DNA of 27,818 nucleotides from IMG/VR virus record IMGVR_UViG_3300033475_000125, positions 1 to 27,818 of that record, one strand, 5' to 3'. Of the stretch, positions 1-8,238 are shown piece after piece. The notes under the pieces are model-generated. The model had not been told where the DNA came from. It searched no databases and was given only the letters and a program-made list of their open reading frames with translations. The first letter of the stretch is position 1, and each line of letters opens with the position of its first letter. Origin of the DNA: a virus. Lineage: Duplodnaviria; Caudoviricetes. Both the position numbers and the translations under genes were made by a program.

Positions 1-529
1 CATTGCCGGCCCCGCCACCAAAGGCACTCAGGACGCTACCAAAGCTCGTTGCGGTCCCGGCCGAGCCGGCTGCACCGACGGCAGACGAGCCACCCGTTGA
101 TGCGCTCCCCCCGGTGCCTACCGTTACCGTAACAGTCGCGCCGATGTCGCTGGCCCGGTAACACTTCTCTGCCATCGAGCCACCGCCGCCGCCCGAGCCG
201 GCGCCCCGTGACGTCGCCGCCGCGCCGCCGGCCCCGCTGCCGCCCGAGCCGCCCGCGCCGAACGCCTTGACGCAGACGACCGTTACGCCGGCCGGTTTGG
301 TCCATGTGCTGGTGCCATGCGTGGTGTAGGACGATAGCGACGTGCTGCCGCCACCGCCGCTCGAACTGGTGCCGCAGGAAAACGCCCCGCTGGTCGAATT
401 GTAGTTAAGATGGTTGCCGGCGGTATCGACGCAGGCCGGGAGCTCCCGGTGGTTGACCGGCCCAGTGACCTGGGCGTGCGCCGCAAACGGCAGCAGCAGC
501 CCGAGCCAGAGCAGATGGCGAAGTTTCAT
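1..529 (-). CDS. Glycine-rich tail-fibre-type protein with N-terminal signal peptide (partial, runs off the window)
   Basis: Not in the ORF track; translated by hand from ATG 529 (ATGA overlap with upstream stop): MKLRHLLWLGLLLPFAAHAQVTGPVNHRELPACVDTAGNHLNYNSTSGAFSCG...YTTHGTSTWTKPAGVTVVCVKAFGAGGSGG...VTVTVGTGG...TSFGSVLSAFGGGAG. The TWTKPAG..V.V...GAGG.GG / VTVTVG.GG pattern is the phage glycine-rich domain. Confidence 0.8.
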   Translation of the reverse strand, partial: MKLRHLLWLGLLLPFAAHAQVTGPVNHRELPACVDTAGNHLNYNSTSGAFSCGTSSSGGGGSTSLSSYTTHGTSTWTKPAGVTVVCVKAFGAGGSGGSGAGGAAATSRGAGSGGGGGSMAEKCYRASDIGATVTVTVGTGGSASTGGSSAVGAAGSAGTATSFGSVLSAFGGGAGN

Positions 530-1647
530 CGCGAGATCCATGCGGTTGATGCGGTGGCGAAGAACCGGGCGCTGCCGCCCGCCAGAACGAGCACCGAGGC
601 GTTCGCGGCGCCCCCGTCGATCGTTGCGCCGCTAGGCGGATAGACCGCCAGCGCGTTGGCGCCGGCATTGATGGTCTCATAGCGGTCGCCGGCCGTTGGG
701 GCGGCAGGCAGCACGCCGCCTGTCCCGGGCGCGACGGTGGCGAAATAGCTAACCGCCGCCGTGATGGCATAGGCGCCGGCCTGGGTTGACCCGGTTGCGG
801 TAATCGGCCCATCCCAACCGGCGCCGCGCGACGAAAGAGTGCCCGAATTGAGCAAAAGGCCGGCGCCCAGCGCGGTGACGGTGCCGCCGCTCCAGTCAAC
901 CGTTAGCGTGCCGCTGCCGGTGATCGGACCGCCATGGATACCGCCGCTGGTGGCAATATTCGTGACCGTCCCGCCGCCGGTCGGCGCCGCCCATGCGGGA
1001 TTAGCTGCCAAGCCGCCGGTTTGTAGAAACTGTCCCGCCGTCCCCGGCGCAAGCACCGCCCAGGCGGTGCCGGAACGGAACAGGATGTCGCCCTGCGTGT
1101 TGCCAAGCGCGGCATCGAGCAGCCCCGTAAGCGCCGTTGGAGAAGGCGCGGCAGCGGCGGTGCCGATGTTCGCCAGGAGGTCGCCCGCGGCAATCGCTGC
1201 CAGCGCCACGGTCCCGCTGTTGGTGATCGGGCCGCCGGTCAGCCCGGCTCCGGTCGCTATGCTGGTGACGGTGCCCGATCCACCGCCGCCGCCGGCAACC
1301 GGCGCCCCGGTCTGCGGCGTATAGAGAAAGTCACCGCCCGCAGCGATGATCTGCTCCATCAGCACAGAGATCGCCGTGCCGTTGTCGTTGAACCGGAGGA
1401 CAACCGTATGGGCAACGGTATCGCCATTGTGCAGCCGCACCTCGTTGACCTGCACCGTCTGCCCATAGGCCGGCGCATTGACGACGGTGACGGCTGACGT
1501 TCCGTTTGAAACGGTCTGGCGGGCATTGAGGGCGAAGGTGGTCGTGGTATCCGTGGTGGCGTAGCAAGCGGTAATATCGCAGTCGGTCGTGGCCTTCGCT
1601 TCAGCCAGGACGATCTCAAGCGTGCGGCTGGTGCTATCGAGGATCAT
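526..1647 (-). CDS. Tail fibre-like virion protein
   Basis: Start taken at ATG 1647 (ATGA overlap). G/A/T-rich, with two copies of GTVT.IAT..G..GGPIT.SGT and a GDIL.R.GTAW.VLAPGT.GQFL...G...NPAW fibre motif. Confidence 0.7.
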   Translation of the reverse strand: MILDSTSRTLEIVLAEAKATTDCDITACYATTDTTTTFALNARQTVSNGTSAVTVVNAPAYGQTVQVNEVRLHNGDTVAHTVVLRFNDNGTAISVLMEQIIAAGGDFLYTPQTGAPVAGGGGGSGTVTSIATGAGLTGGPITNSGTVALAAIAAGDLLANIGTAAAAPSPTALTGLLDAALGNTQGDILFRSGTAWAVLAPGTAGQFLQTGGLAANPAWAAPTGGGTVTNIATSGGIHGGPITGSGTLTVDWSGGTVTALGAGLLLNSGTLSSRGAGWDGPITATGSTQAGAYAITAAVSYFATVAPGTGGVLPAAPTAGDRYETINAGANALAVYPPSGATIDGGAANASVLVLAGGSARFFATASTAWISR

Positions 1648-2009
1648 CGGCCAAACCACCAACGGTTGAGCATCGGGATGTCGGTGCCGGCGGCGCCCCC
1701 GGCGCCCGCAAGCGCCGCAATCTCCGCGCCCAACGCTATGTCGGCATTTGCCCGCGCCGTCGCTTCGTTCGTCACCGCTGCTACCCGCGCCGAGGTCTCC
1801 GAGGCGATCTCCCCGCCCAGCGCTATATCCGCGGCGGAGCGGGCCTGCGTTTCCGCCGTCAACGATGCAGAAACGGCCCCCGTGGAGACGCCCACACCGG
1901 AGCCGGTGCGGTTGAAGAGGGCAAGTAGAAACGCCCGCCAGGCCGGCGTCAGATTGCCGCCCTGGTCAACGACCGGGCTGGTCGGAAAGCCGGTGCTGCT
2001 CGCAGGCAT
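1644..2009 (-). CDS. Small tail-associated virion protein with coiled-coil
   Basis: P.SPVVDQGGNLTPAWRAFLLALFNRTG N-terminus, then E..AR..AD heptad repeats. Coupled to both neighbours. Confidence 0.65.
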   Translation of the reverse strand: MPASSTGFPTSPVVDQGGNLTPAWRAFLLALFNRTGSGVGVSTGAVSASLTAETQARSAADIALGGEIASETSARVAAVTNEATARANADIALGAEIAALAGAGGAAGTDIPMLNRWWFGR

Positions 2010-2782
2010 CAGGTCGGCCCGAGGGCTATCCAGCTAAAGCCGGCCGGTCCCAAACCTTGGCCGGTCGTGAATGACTTCGAGGAAAAGACCAGGAAGCCGT
2101 TGATGGTGGCGGCATAGGCGACGATGCCGGCGAACGATGGACCGCTGTTTTCACTTGCAACGACTATCGGCGTCCCGCCGAACGGCGTGGCGAAGGTCAC
2201 CGTGGCGTTGCCGCTCCCGTCGGTAATCCCGGTGCCCATTTGCAGCCGCGTGTTGGCCGGGAAGCCGTTCCCCGCCGCCAGCGCCGCCTCCGCCGCCTCC
2301 GCCCGGGTCGTCTCCGCGGTGATGGCGTTGGCGTTGGTAGTATCCGCCGCCGCGCGGGCCGTAGCCTCCGCGGTGTCCGCGGCGGTGCGGTTTGTCGTCT
2401 CGGCGGAGATTGCCGCCGACAAGGCCGCCAAGGTCGCCGAGTTGTCAACGATGCCCAGCAGGCCCTGCGCCGTTGGGATGTCCGGGGCGATGCAGACCGG
2501 CGCCATCGCCACCGACACCAGGGTGTTGGATAGTTGGTCCCATACCAGGTTGCCGGCCGCATCCGTAAGGATCGTCCGCACGATGCCGTCCGCGTAAATG
2601 ATGCAGCGGCCGGCGGAGTCGAGCACTATAGGGTTGGTGTTGAGCGTGGTGCCGTCCGGGTCCTGCCAGGTAGATTTCGGCGTCGTTGTCCCGGCGACAT
2701 AAGTTGCCAGCTTGCCGCCCGCGTACGGCTTTCCATTCGCATCGGAGAATTGGAGCTCCGCAGGCGGCAGCAGCGCGACCAT
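2009..2782 (-). CDS. Tail fibre/spike protein: N-terminal virion-attachment domain, coiled-coil, gp53-like C-terminal domain
   Basis: QFSDANGKPYAGGKLATYVAGTTTPKSTWQD...NTNPIVLDSAGR is a typical podophage tailspike N-terminus. C-terminus is LQMG...ATVTFATPF...FSWIALG. Confidence 0.75.
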   Translation of the reverse strand: MVALLPPAELQFSDANGKPYAGGKLATYVAGTTTPKSTWQDPDGTTLNTNPIVLDSAGRCIIYADGIVRTILTDAAGNLVWDQLSNTLVSVAMAPVCIAPDIPTAQGLLGIVDNSATLAALSAAISAETTNRTAADTAEATARAAADTTNANAITAETTRAEAAEAALAAGNGFPANTRLQMGTGITDGSGNATVTFATPFGGTPIVVASENSGPSFAGIVAYAATINGFLVFSSKSFTTGQGLGPAGFSWIALGPT

Positions 2783-2791
2783 TTCGATGTC

Positions 2792-4258
2792 CTATGATAG
2801 AGCCGGCTCGGTGACGATCCAGGCGCCTTGGAGGACGGTCTGCACGGGCGAGGACCACTCCAAGGTAAAGACGCGGTCGCGGGCCATGCCCAACCGCTGC
2901 CATTGCACGCTCTTGAGGTATTCGCCGCCCGCGCCGAGGCTTTGCCCAACCGGCGAGCCGAACGCGTGGCCCCTGTCGTCGCTCCATGACAGGAAGACCA
3001 TCGGCGGGTTGAGCACGGCCGCCGCGGGCGGCGCGGCCGGCGCATCGCCATCTCCCCAAATCAACGTACCGTCTGGCGATATACCCAACGCCTCACCCTG
3101 GAACGTATCGGCCGCGTCAGCCGCTGTAGGCAGCTTGTGGATGACGAGCCCAGCATCCCAATAGACCGGCCATTGAACGCCCGCTGCATCCCATGCCGTT
3201 CCCACAACAATCGAGCCGTCTGCCGACACCCCATTGGCCTGCGACGCGGAGCCGGACGGCAGGCCCCCCAGGTTAGTGGCCGCCGTCCCGGTCCATTTAG
3301 TGGCCCATTGGTTGCCGCTCGCATCGGTGGCATAGCCCACCGCGACCGGGGAGCCGCCCACCAGATCGTCGGCACACGCCAGCGCGGAGGCCGAATTGCC
3401 GCCGGGCAGATAAGCCAGCACGTTCGCGACGCCATAAAACGTTGTGGCGGGCTCGCCCCCGGGCGGCCAGACGATCGAGCTGGTCGTCGCCAGACTGTCC
3501 CAATAGACATAACGCTGCACGCCGCCGACCTGAGTAAAGCCGTAGACAATACTGCCATCCGCGAGGCAGAACAGGGAACCGCCGCTTGCCGCAGGCGCCT
3601 CGCCGATGACCGGCGCCAGCGGACGCCCCGCCCCACCGGTCCAGAGACAAGCCACCGTGGTGGCGGTCAGGAACGGCGTGCCAGCCGGTGAAAGCGCGTT
3701 GCCGATAACGATATCGCCCGCCGCGTCACAGCCGAACGCCGATGCATTCGTCGCCGGGTTCAGGCCGCCCAGCGCCGGGTATGGCAGCAGAGACGCCGCG
3801 CCGTTATCCCAAATCGTCGCCTGACTCAGATTGGAGGGGCTCGCGACCACTTCACTGGTGCCGACGATGTAGCGCCCATCGGACGAGACGATGCGGTTTT
3901 GTCCAGAGAAGGCCGCGCTTGTATAACCCGCACCGGGCGACAACGGCCCCCCCGCGGCGCCGCCGCCGGTCCAGCGGATGGCCGACCCAGCCCCGTCGCT
4001 GCCGACGATAACCGACCCGTCCAGCGAGATCGCGACAGCCTGGGTGTTGCCGCCGGCCCCGGCATCCGGAAGCTGGGCGATCGTGGCGCCATGCCATTGC
4101 GCGGCCTTCACACCGCTGCCGCCGGGCAGGTTCCAGCCGACGCCCACCACCACGCGGGTTGCCTGGCTCCCCCCGGCCGGCCTCGCGTCTCCGTCCACAA
4201 TCAGTTGCTGCATCTTGGTCAGCGCGAAGGAATCCCAGCGCAACGCAAAGATGCTCAT
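2792..4258 (-). CDS. HAF-repeat beta-propeller fused to the C-terminal segment of P22 gp10
   Basis: ATG 4258 overlaps the gp10 stop (ATGA). About 8 repeats such as SQANGVSADGSIVVG and QAVAISLDGSVIVG. Ends PPMVFLSWSDDRGHAFG...GEY...VQWQRLGMARDRVFTLEWSSPV...GAWI, the gp10 C-terminal signature. Confidence 0.8.
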   Translation of the reverse strand: MSIFALRWDSFALTKMQQLIVDGDARPAGGSQATRVVVGVGWNLPGGSGVKAAQWHGATIAQLPDAGAGGNTQAVAISLDGSVIVGSDGAGSAIRWTGGGAAGGPLSPGAGYTSAAFSGQNRIVSSDGRYIVGTSEVVASPSNLSQATIWDNGAASLLPYPALGGLNPATNASAFGCDAAGDIVIGNALSPAGTPFLTATTVACLWTGGAGRPLAPVIGEAPAASGGSLFCLADGSIVYGFTQVGGVQRYVYWDSLATTSSIVWPPGGEPATTFYGVANVLAYLPGGNSASALACADDLVGGSPVAVGYATDASGNQWATKWTGTAATNLGGLPSGSASQANGVSADGSIVVGTAWDAAGVQWPVYWDAGLVIHKLPTAADAADTFQGEALGISPDGTLIWGDGDAPAAPPAAAVLNPPMVFLSWSDDRGHAFGSPVGQSLGAGGEYLKSVQWQRLGMARDRVFTLEWSSPVQTVLQGAWIVTEPALS

Positions 4259-5460
4259 CCGCCCGTGCCCGTTTCCAAGTCGGCCAAAAATTGCCGGTAG
4301 AACACCCGCTTTCCATCGTTGAGCAGATGCGGGAACGACCGCAGCCGCTTGATCGGCCTGCCGTTGTCCGTATAGGCGTTCGGGTCGAGCCGGTAGAGAT
4401 TGCCGTTTTGCCAGTCCCCGGCAACGGCAGCGCCATAAGCCAATGTCGCGCATTTGGCACGGTGCCGGTGCTCCGTCCCGTTGGTATCAAGCCAAACGAG
4501 CTCATGCCAAAGCCGGGTCGTGATGTCATAGGCCCAGGTTTTGTCGGCCGTGGGAAAATTCAGCACGTAGAAGGAATGGCCGCCTAGCTGGTAGGTATAG
4601 CCCTCCGCATCGGCGATGGTCGGGTAGGTCGTGAGCTCCGTCTCGATGGCATAGGTCGAGATCCGCGTCGCCTGGTAGGCGGCGCCAGCCAGCACGATCC
4701 CCTGTCCGTAACGATCCTGCTCCAGCCAATAGACCGTGTTATCGGAGGAGGCCACGGAATAGGGCGCGCAGCACCCGTGATCGATGAACACGCCGGGCAT
4801 CGAGCCGAACGGGAAATCGGCCGCCCCGGTGTTATACCAGATCTCGGTCGTTTTCGTGCCGATGAGCCAGATTTCCCGTTTGGCAACGATCAGCGACGCC
4901 AACAGGTCTGAATAACTTTCCTTGTTGGCGAAGAACAGCGGGTCGAATGTAGTAGCGAGGCTGTTGGAGACCTGGAACTGAGGTGTGCCCGGGACGGAGA
5001 ACAACAGGAAGGTATCGAGGTAATCGGCCCGGACTGCGCCGCGGAACGTCCCCGTGGGATCGATGATCGGCGTGAACGCATTCGTTGCAAGCGTAACTTG
5101 CCAGCCGTTCGCGGTGCCATCGACAATAACGAGCTGCAAGCCGTTGTCGGCCATCGATACCGGCGTCGTCAGGCCAACCGTGATGGTGCCCAGCGCGGTC
5201 CAGCTCCAATCCTTGTTGACGAGATACACGCCGTCCCCGGCGACCGCGTAGACCGCGCCGGAGGTGGTCGCCCGGATGCCGCGGATCGGCGCTTGTGGAG
5301 CCGTGGAAAGCAGCGTGAGCCCGGGCGTTGGATAGAGGGCCATAGGCGCCGGCTCGTCGCTCGACGGCGGCAGCGGCTCCGAATAGAGGTTGACCTGGCG
5401 CTGCGCGGCGGCAACGACGGAACGCGCCATATAGGCGCCTCCGGTCAACGGTATCCGCAT
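4255..5460 (-). CDS. P22 gp10-like DNA stabilization/tail hub protein, N-terminal ~400 aa
   Basis: MRIPLTGGAY.ARS...QR.VNLY.E, LYPTPGL, EIWLIGTKTTEIWYNTG, YTYQ.GGH.FYVLNFPT..KTW.YD..T..WHE, ending F..DLETG.G. TGATG coupling to gp4. Confidence 0.9.
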   Translation of the reverse strand: MRIPLTGGAYMARSVVAAAQRQVNLYSEPLPPSSDEPAPMALYPTPGLTLLSTAPQAPIRGIRATTSGAVYAVAGDGVYLVNKDWSWTALGTITVGLTTPVSMADNGLQLVIVDGTANGWQVTLATNAFTPIIDPTGTFRGAVRADYLDTFLLFSVPGTPQFQVSNSLATTFDPLFFANKESYSDLLASLIVAKREIWLIGTKTTEIWYNTGAADFPFGSMPGVFIDHGCCAPYSVASSDNTVYWLEQDRYGQGIVLAGAAYQATRISTYAIETELTTYPTIADAEGYTYQLGGHSFYVLNFPTADKTWAYDITTRLWHELVWLDTNGTEHRHRAKCATLAYGAAVAGDWQNGNLYRLDPNAYTDNGRPIKRLRSFPHLLNDGKRVFYRQFLADLETGTGG

Positions 5461-6206
5461 CACCAACCGCCGGTCTGAAAGCCGGGCGAGGCGGAGGCGG
5501 CAACGGAGCTCCCAAGCCGGCCCGCTACGCCCGCCGGCATAGCCAGGTCGGGGATCTGCGTATTTGCCATCCGCAGTACGTTGACCGCGGCGCGCATGCG
5601 GCCCACCAGGGCCGGCTGCGGCGTCTGGCCATAGTTCATCGCCAGCTCGTTCGCCAACGTATAAAGCATCGCGCTCATGTATTCGGGCGGATAGCCCGTC
5701 AACGGGTCGGTCAGCACGGCGACCGGCGGCAAGGTCGTTTTGCAGAAGATATGCAATTCATAGAGCGTTGCCGGCGGGATCGGCCAGATAAACAGCGTCC
5801 CCGTGGGATAGTCCGACTGGTAGAAGGCCGCGGTCGGAAAGGTCGTCAGGCGCTTGAGGGCGATGGTGTTGTAATCCTCGCGCGAGTCCACGATGCGCAG
5901 GGGATAGTCAACCGGGTTGGGCAGCGACGTGAGCAGCCGGGCGAAGGCACTGTCGATGCGCTCCGGCCGCGTCACGGCGAAGTCTCCGGCCGCCCCGACG
6001 CTGTAGGAGGTCGCCCCGGTCGAAACCAGGACGAGCTCTTGCAGCGACCAGACAAGCCAACGGCGCCGCTGCCATTCGGCCAGGATGTTGATGAGCAGTT
6101 GGAGCCCGGTCTGCGCGTCCTCCGCCAGCGGCGTCTGGCCGACGCCGATGATGGAGGACGTACGCATAGCGAACGCCACCAGGTCGCCCGCGGTGGTTAT
6201 GGCCAT
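5460..6206 (-). CDS. P22 gp4-like head-tail adaptor
   Basis: TAGDLV..A.R...I.GVGQTP.AED...GL..L..IL.EW; PPEY..A..Y.LA.ELA..YG; lies between coat and gp10. Confidence 0.8.
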   Translation of the reverse strand: MAITTAGDLVAFAMRTSSIIGVGQTPLAEDAQTGLQLLINILAEWQRRRWLVWSLQELVLVSTGATSYSVGAAGDFAVTRPERIDSAFARLLTSLPNPVDYPLRIVDSREDYNTIALKRLTTFPTAAFYQSDYPTGTLFIWPIPPATLYELHIFCKTTLPPVAVLTDPLTGYPPEYMSAMLYTLANELAMNYGQTPQPALVGRMRAAVNVLRMANTQIPDLAMPAGVAGRLGSSVAASASPGFQTGGW

Positions 6207-6207
6207 G

Positions 6208-6549
6208 CTAGCGCCACTTCACCCATGCACCGTTGATGAAACGATATTGGATGGCCACGCCGATGGCCCCGGCGGTCGTAGCCACCGCGCTGCCGTGCCA
6301 GTCCTGCACGGTGAGCGCGGTGACAATTTGGCCGAACGACAACTCGCAGATCTGATAGGGCTGCGGGTTGGGCGTCAGCTTGACGGTCAGGGCCGCAATG
6401 GTCCCGGCCGGGTTGACATAAAGCAGCCGGTCGTCCGTCCCGAGGGCGATGGTCGTGCCGGTGAGCGGAGATTGGACGTTGATCGAACCGGTCGCGGTGG
6501 ACCGGTTGATCTCATCCCCGCTGTGGAGCCGCGTGCCGCGGTCGAGCAT
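6208..6549 (-). CDS. Small beta-rich virion protein (possible capsid decoration)
   Basis: ATG 6549 with GGAGG SD, immediately after the coat gene; LYVNPAGTIAALTVKL motif. Function inferred from position only. Confidence 0.6.
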   Translation of the reverse strand: MLDRGTRLHSGDEINRSTATGSINVQSPLTGTTIALGTDDRLLYVNPAGTIAALTVKLTPNPQPYQICELSFGQIVTALTVQDWHGSAVATTAGAIGVAIQYRFINGAWVKWR

Positions 6550-6560
6550 GGCACGCCCTC

Positions 6561-7751
6561 CTAATTCGCTGCCAGGCGGCAAGCGAGCTGCGGGCGGATT
6601 GCCTGGTATCCGTAGAGGATATCGAGGCGGCAGGGGAGCACGTCGTTGTTGATGTCGTACTGCCGGACGACACGTATAGACAAACCGTCCTTCTCAGCCC
6701 GGGACGCCATATCGACGCCGCGCGGCATCACCAGGTCCGCGGTGGCGAAGGTGAAGGCGTCCGGATGATAGCAGATGGAGTTGCCCGTGGGCGTAGAGGC
6801 GGTGCCCGCGAAGGTCACGACGGCGCTGTCCGCAGGCGAGGCGGAGACGTTCTGGAACGCGCCCGAGGTGACGATAGCCGGAGCGAACTGCATCGTCCCC
6901 GCGCCGCCCGTATAGGCCGCGGTAAGCACGAACTGCTGCAACGTCGAGGTCACCGCCTTCGTCTCGGGGTGGACCCTGAAGACGTTGTTGATCGTGAATA
7001 TATCGCCCGCGTTGCCGGCGCCGGTCCCGGTCTTGACCACCAGGCTTGAGCCGGTCTGGTTGGCGCCGTTGACCAAGTAGCCGGCCTCCGCGCCCGGAGT
7101 GAGCTGGCTGAGAAAGGTGTTCTCAGCAAACTCGAAGCCCGCCGTGTAGCCCATCACGCCATCGGTGTACTGGGTCGCGATCCGCTGGCTCGACTGGAAC
7201 AAGCCCTTGAGGCTGTCCACCAGGTCAACGTTGTCCTGGGTATTCAGCCGCACCATCCATTGTTTCGACTGCGGAGTGAGGTTATCGAGCAGAATCTTGC
7301 GCCCGGTCAGCACGTTTTTGAACGACTGCGGAGCTCCCTGCCCGTTGACCTGGTTCCACACCGAATTGACCATTGACAAGGCGTCTGCCTCGACGTTGGC
7401 CGCCAACACGTTGATCGCCGGCTCGATGTAGCGCGCGGCAAAATCGTCAATGTTCAACGTCAATTCCTGGCTGCTGAACGAAAAATCGACGTGTTTCTGC
7501 GTGCTGATGGTCAGCGAGGTGTTCGTTTCGACGCTGTTCTGCACCGCCAGCGTGGGACCGCTTGAAACGGTATACTGCACCGGGTTGCGGATACGCAGCG
7601 TGGTGCCAATCTTCGCCCCGCTTTGCGCGAACGAGTCGTCGTACTGGCGGTTGATGCTGCCGACGAAGTTCAGCTTCTGGTGCAGAATGACCAGGGCCTT
7701 AGCCGTGATCATGTTGATATTGAGAAGGGTATTAGAGGCCACGTCTGTCAT
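6561..7751 (-). CDS. Major capsid protein (P22 coat family)
   Basis: SNTLL...MIT.KAL.IL...L.F...INRQYDDSFA..GAKIG.TLRIR.P; RVVRQYDINNDVLPCRLDILYG. Confidence 0.95.
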   Translation of the reverse strand: MTDVASNTLLNINMITAKALVILHQKLNFVGSINRQYDDSFAQSGAKIGTTLRIRNPVQYTVSSGPTLAVQNSVETNTSLTISTQKHVDFSFSSQELTLNIDDFAARYIEPAINVLAANVEADALSMVNSVWNQVNGQGAPQSFKNVLTGRKILLDNLTPQSKQWMVRLNTQDNVDLVDSLKGLFQSSQRIATQYTDGVMGYTAGFEFAENTFLSQLTPGAEAGYLVNGANQTGSSLVVKTGTGAGNAGDIFTINNVFRVHPETKAVTSTLQQFVLTAAYTGGAGTMQFAPAIVTSGAFQNVSASPADSAVVTFAGTASTPTGNSICYHPDAFTFATADLVMPRGVDMASRAEKDGLSIRVVRQYDINNDVLPCRLDILYGYQAIRPQLACRLAAN

Positions 7752-7940
7752 TTGACTACTCGCGACTATCGCGTTGACTTGGATCGACTGCCCCTCACTC
7801 GGGTGAGCTCTTGGGGCGGACTTCCTGTCGCGAGGGTCGAGTAGTCGCAGCGACGCGGGAGGCAGGCACGACGCAGGGAGAAACCGCTCCCAGCCGGTTG
7901 GCTATTCCATCGAGGCACATCCGCGGCCTATGCTCGGCGG

Positions 7941-8156
7941 ATGAGATACCTCCCGATGATCATCGTGTCGGTCGCGCTTGCCGTTAACATCGGCACCGCC
8001 GCCTTCAACCTGCTTCAGCTCCGCCGCTGGCGGCAGCTAAACCGGGCCTGGCTCGAAATCTGCATGATGGCGTGGTACGCCCGGCACTCGCCGGGTCCGT
8101 TGTCGGTGCTAGCGGAGGACGCCGGGATCAGGCTCCGCAAGCGCCCGTGGGCGTAA
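7941..8156 (+). CDS. Small putative membrane protein, antisense to the head operon
   Basis: 71 aa with N-terminal hydrophobic helix (LPMIIVSVALAVNIGTAAFNLL) followed by basic residues. Fills the gap between scaffold and coat; SD is weak. Confidence 0.5.
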   Translation: MRYLPMIIVSVALAVNIGTAAFNLLQLRRWRQLNRAWLEICMMAWYARHSPGPLSVLAEDAGIRLRKRPWA

Positions 8157-8224
8157 AACTTCGGCCCGATTTCCGTAAAACAAAGCCGGGTTTTGCGTAA
8201 AACCCTCGGGCGTTTCGGTAAAAC
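8151..8224. repeat. Four phased copies of GTAAAAC (22/22/21-bp period)
   Basis: GTAAAAC at 8153, 8175, 8197 and 8218. The third copy is a palindrome GGGTTTT-GCGT-AAAACCC. Confidence 0.85.
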
Positions 8225-8238
8225 ACGGCGGCCCGGCC

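Noticed and set aside
2792-4258. Intein, intron or DGR target explaining the gp10 insertion
   Set aside because: No Cys/Ser...His-Asn splice motifs, homing endonuclease, reverse transcriptase or TR/VR pair is visible.
4259-4453. N-terminal extension of the HAF ORF, and a lambda-like T-GGA-AAG slippery site near 4310
   Set aside because: The extension is off-frame gp10 sequence. The heptamer is imperfect, and shifting there would remove conserved gp10 residues RVFY..F..DLETG.
8151-8224. CRISPR-like mini array
   Set aside because: Repeat (7-12 nt) and period (22 nt) are too short, and there are no cas genes.
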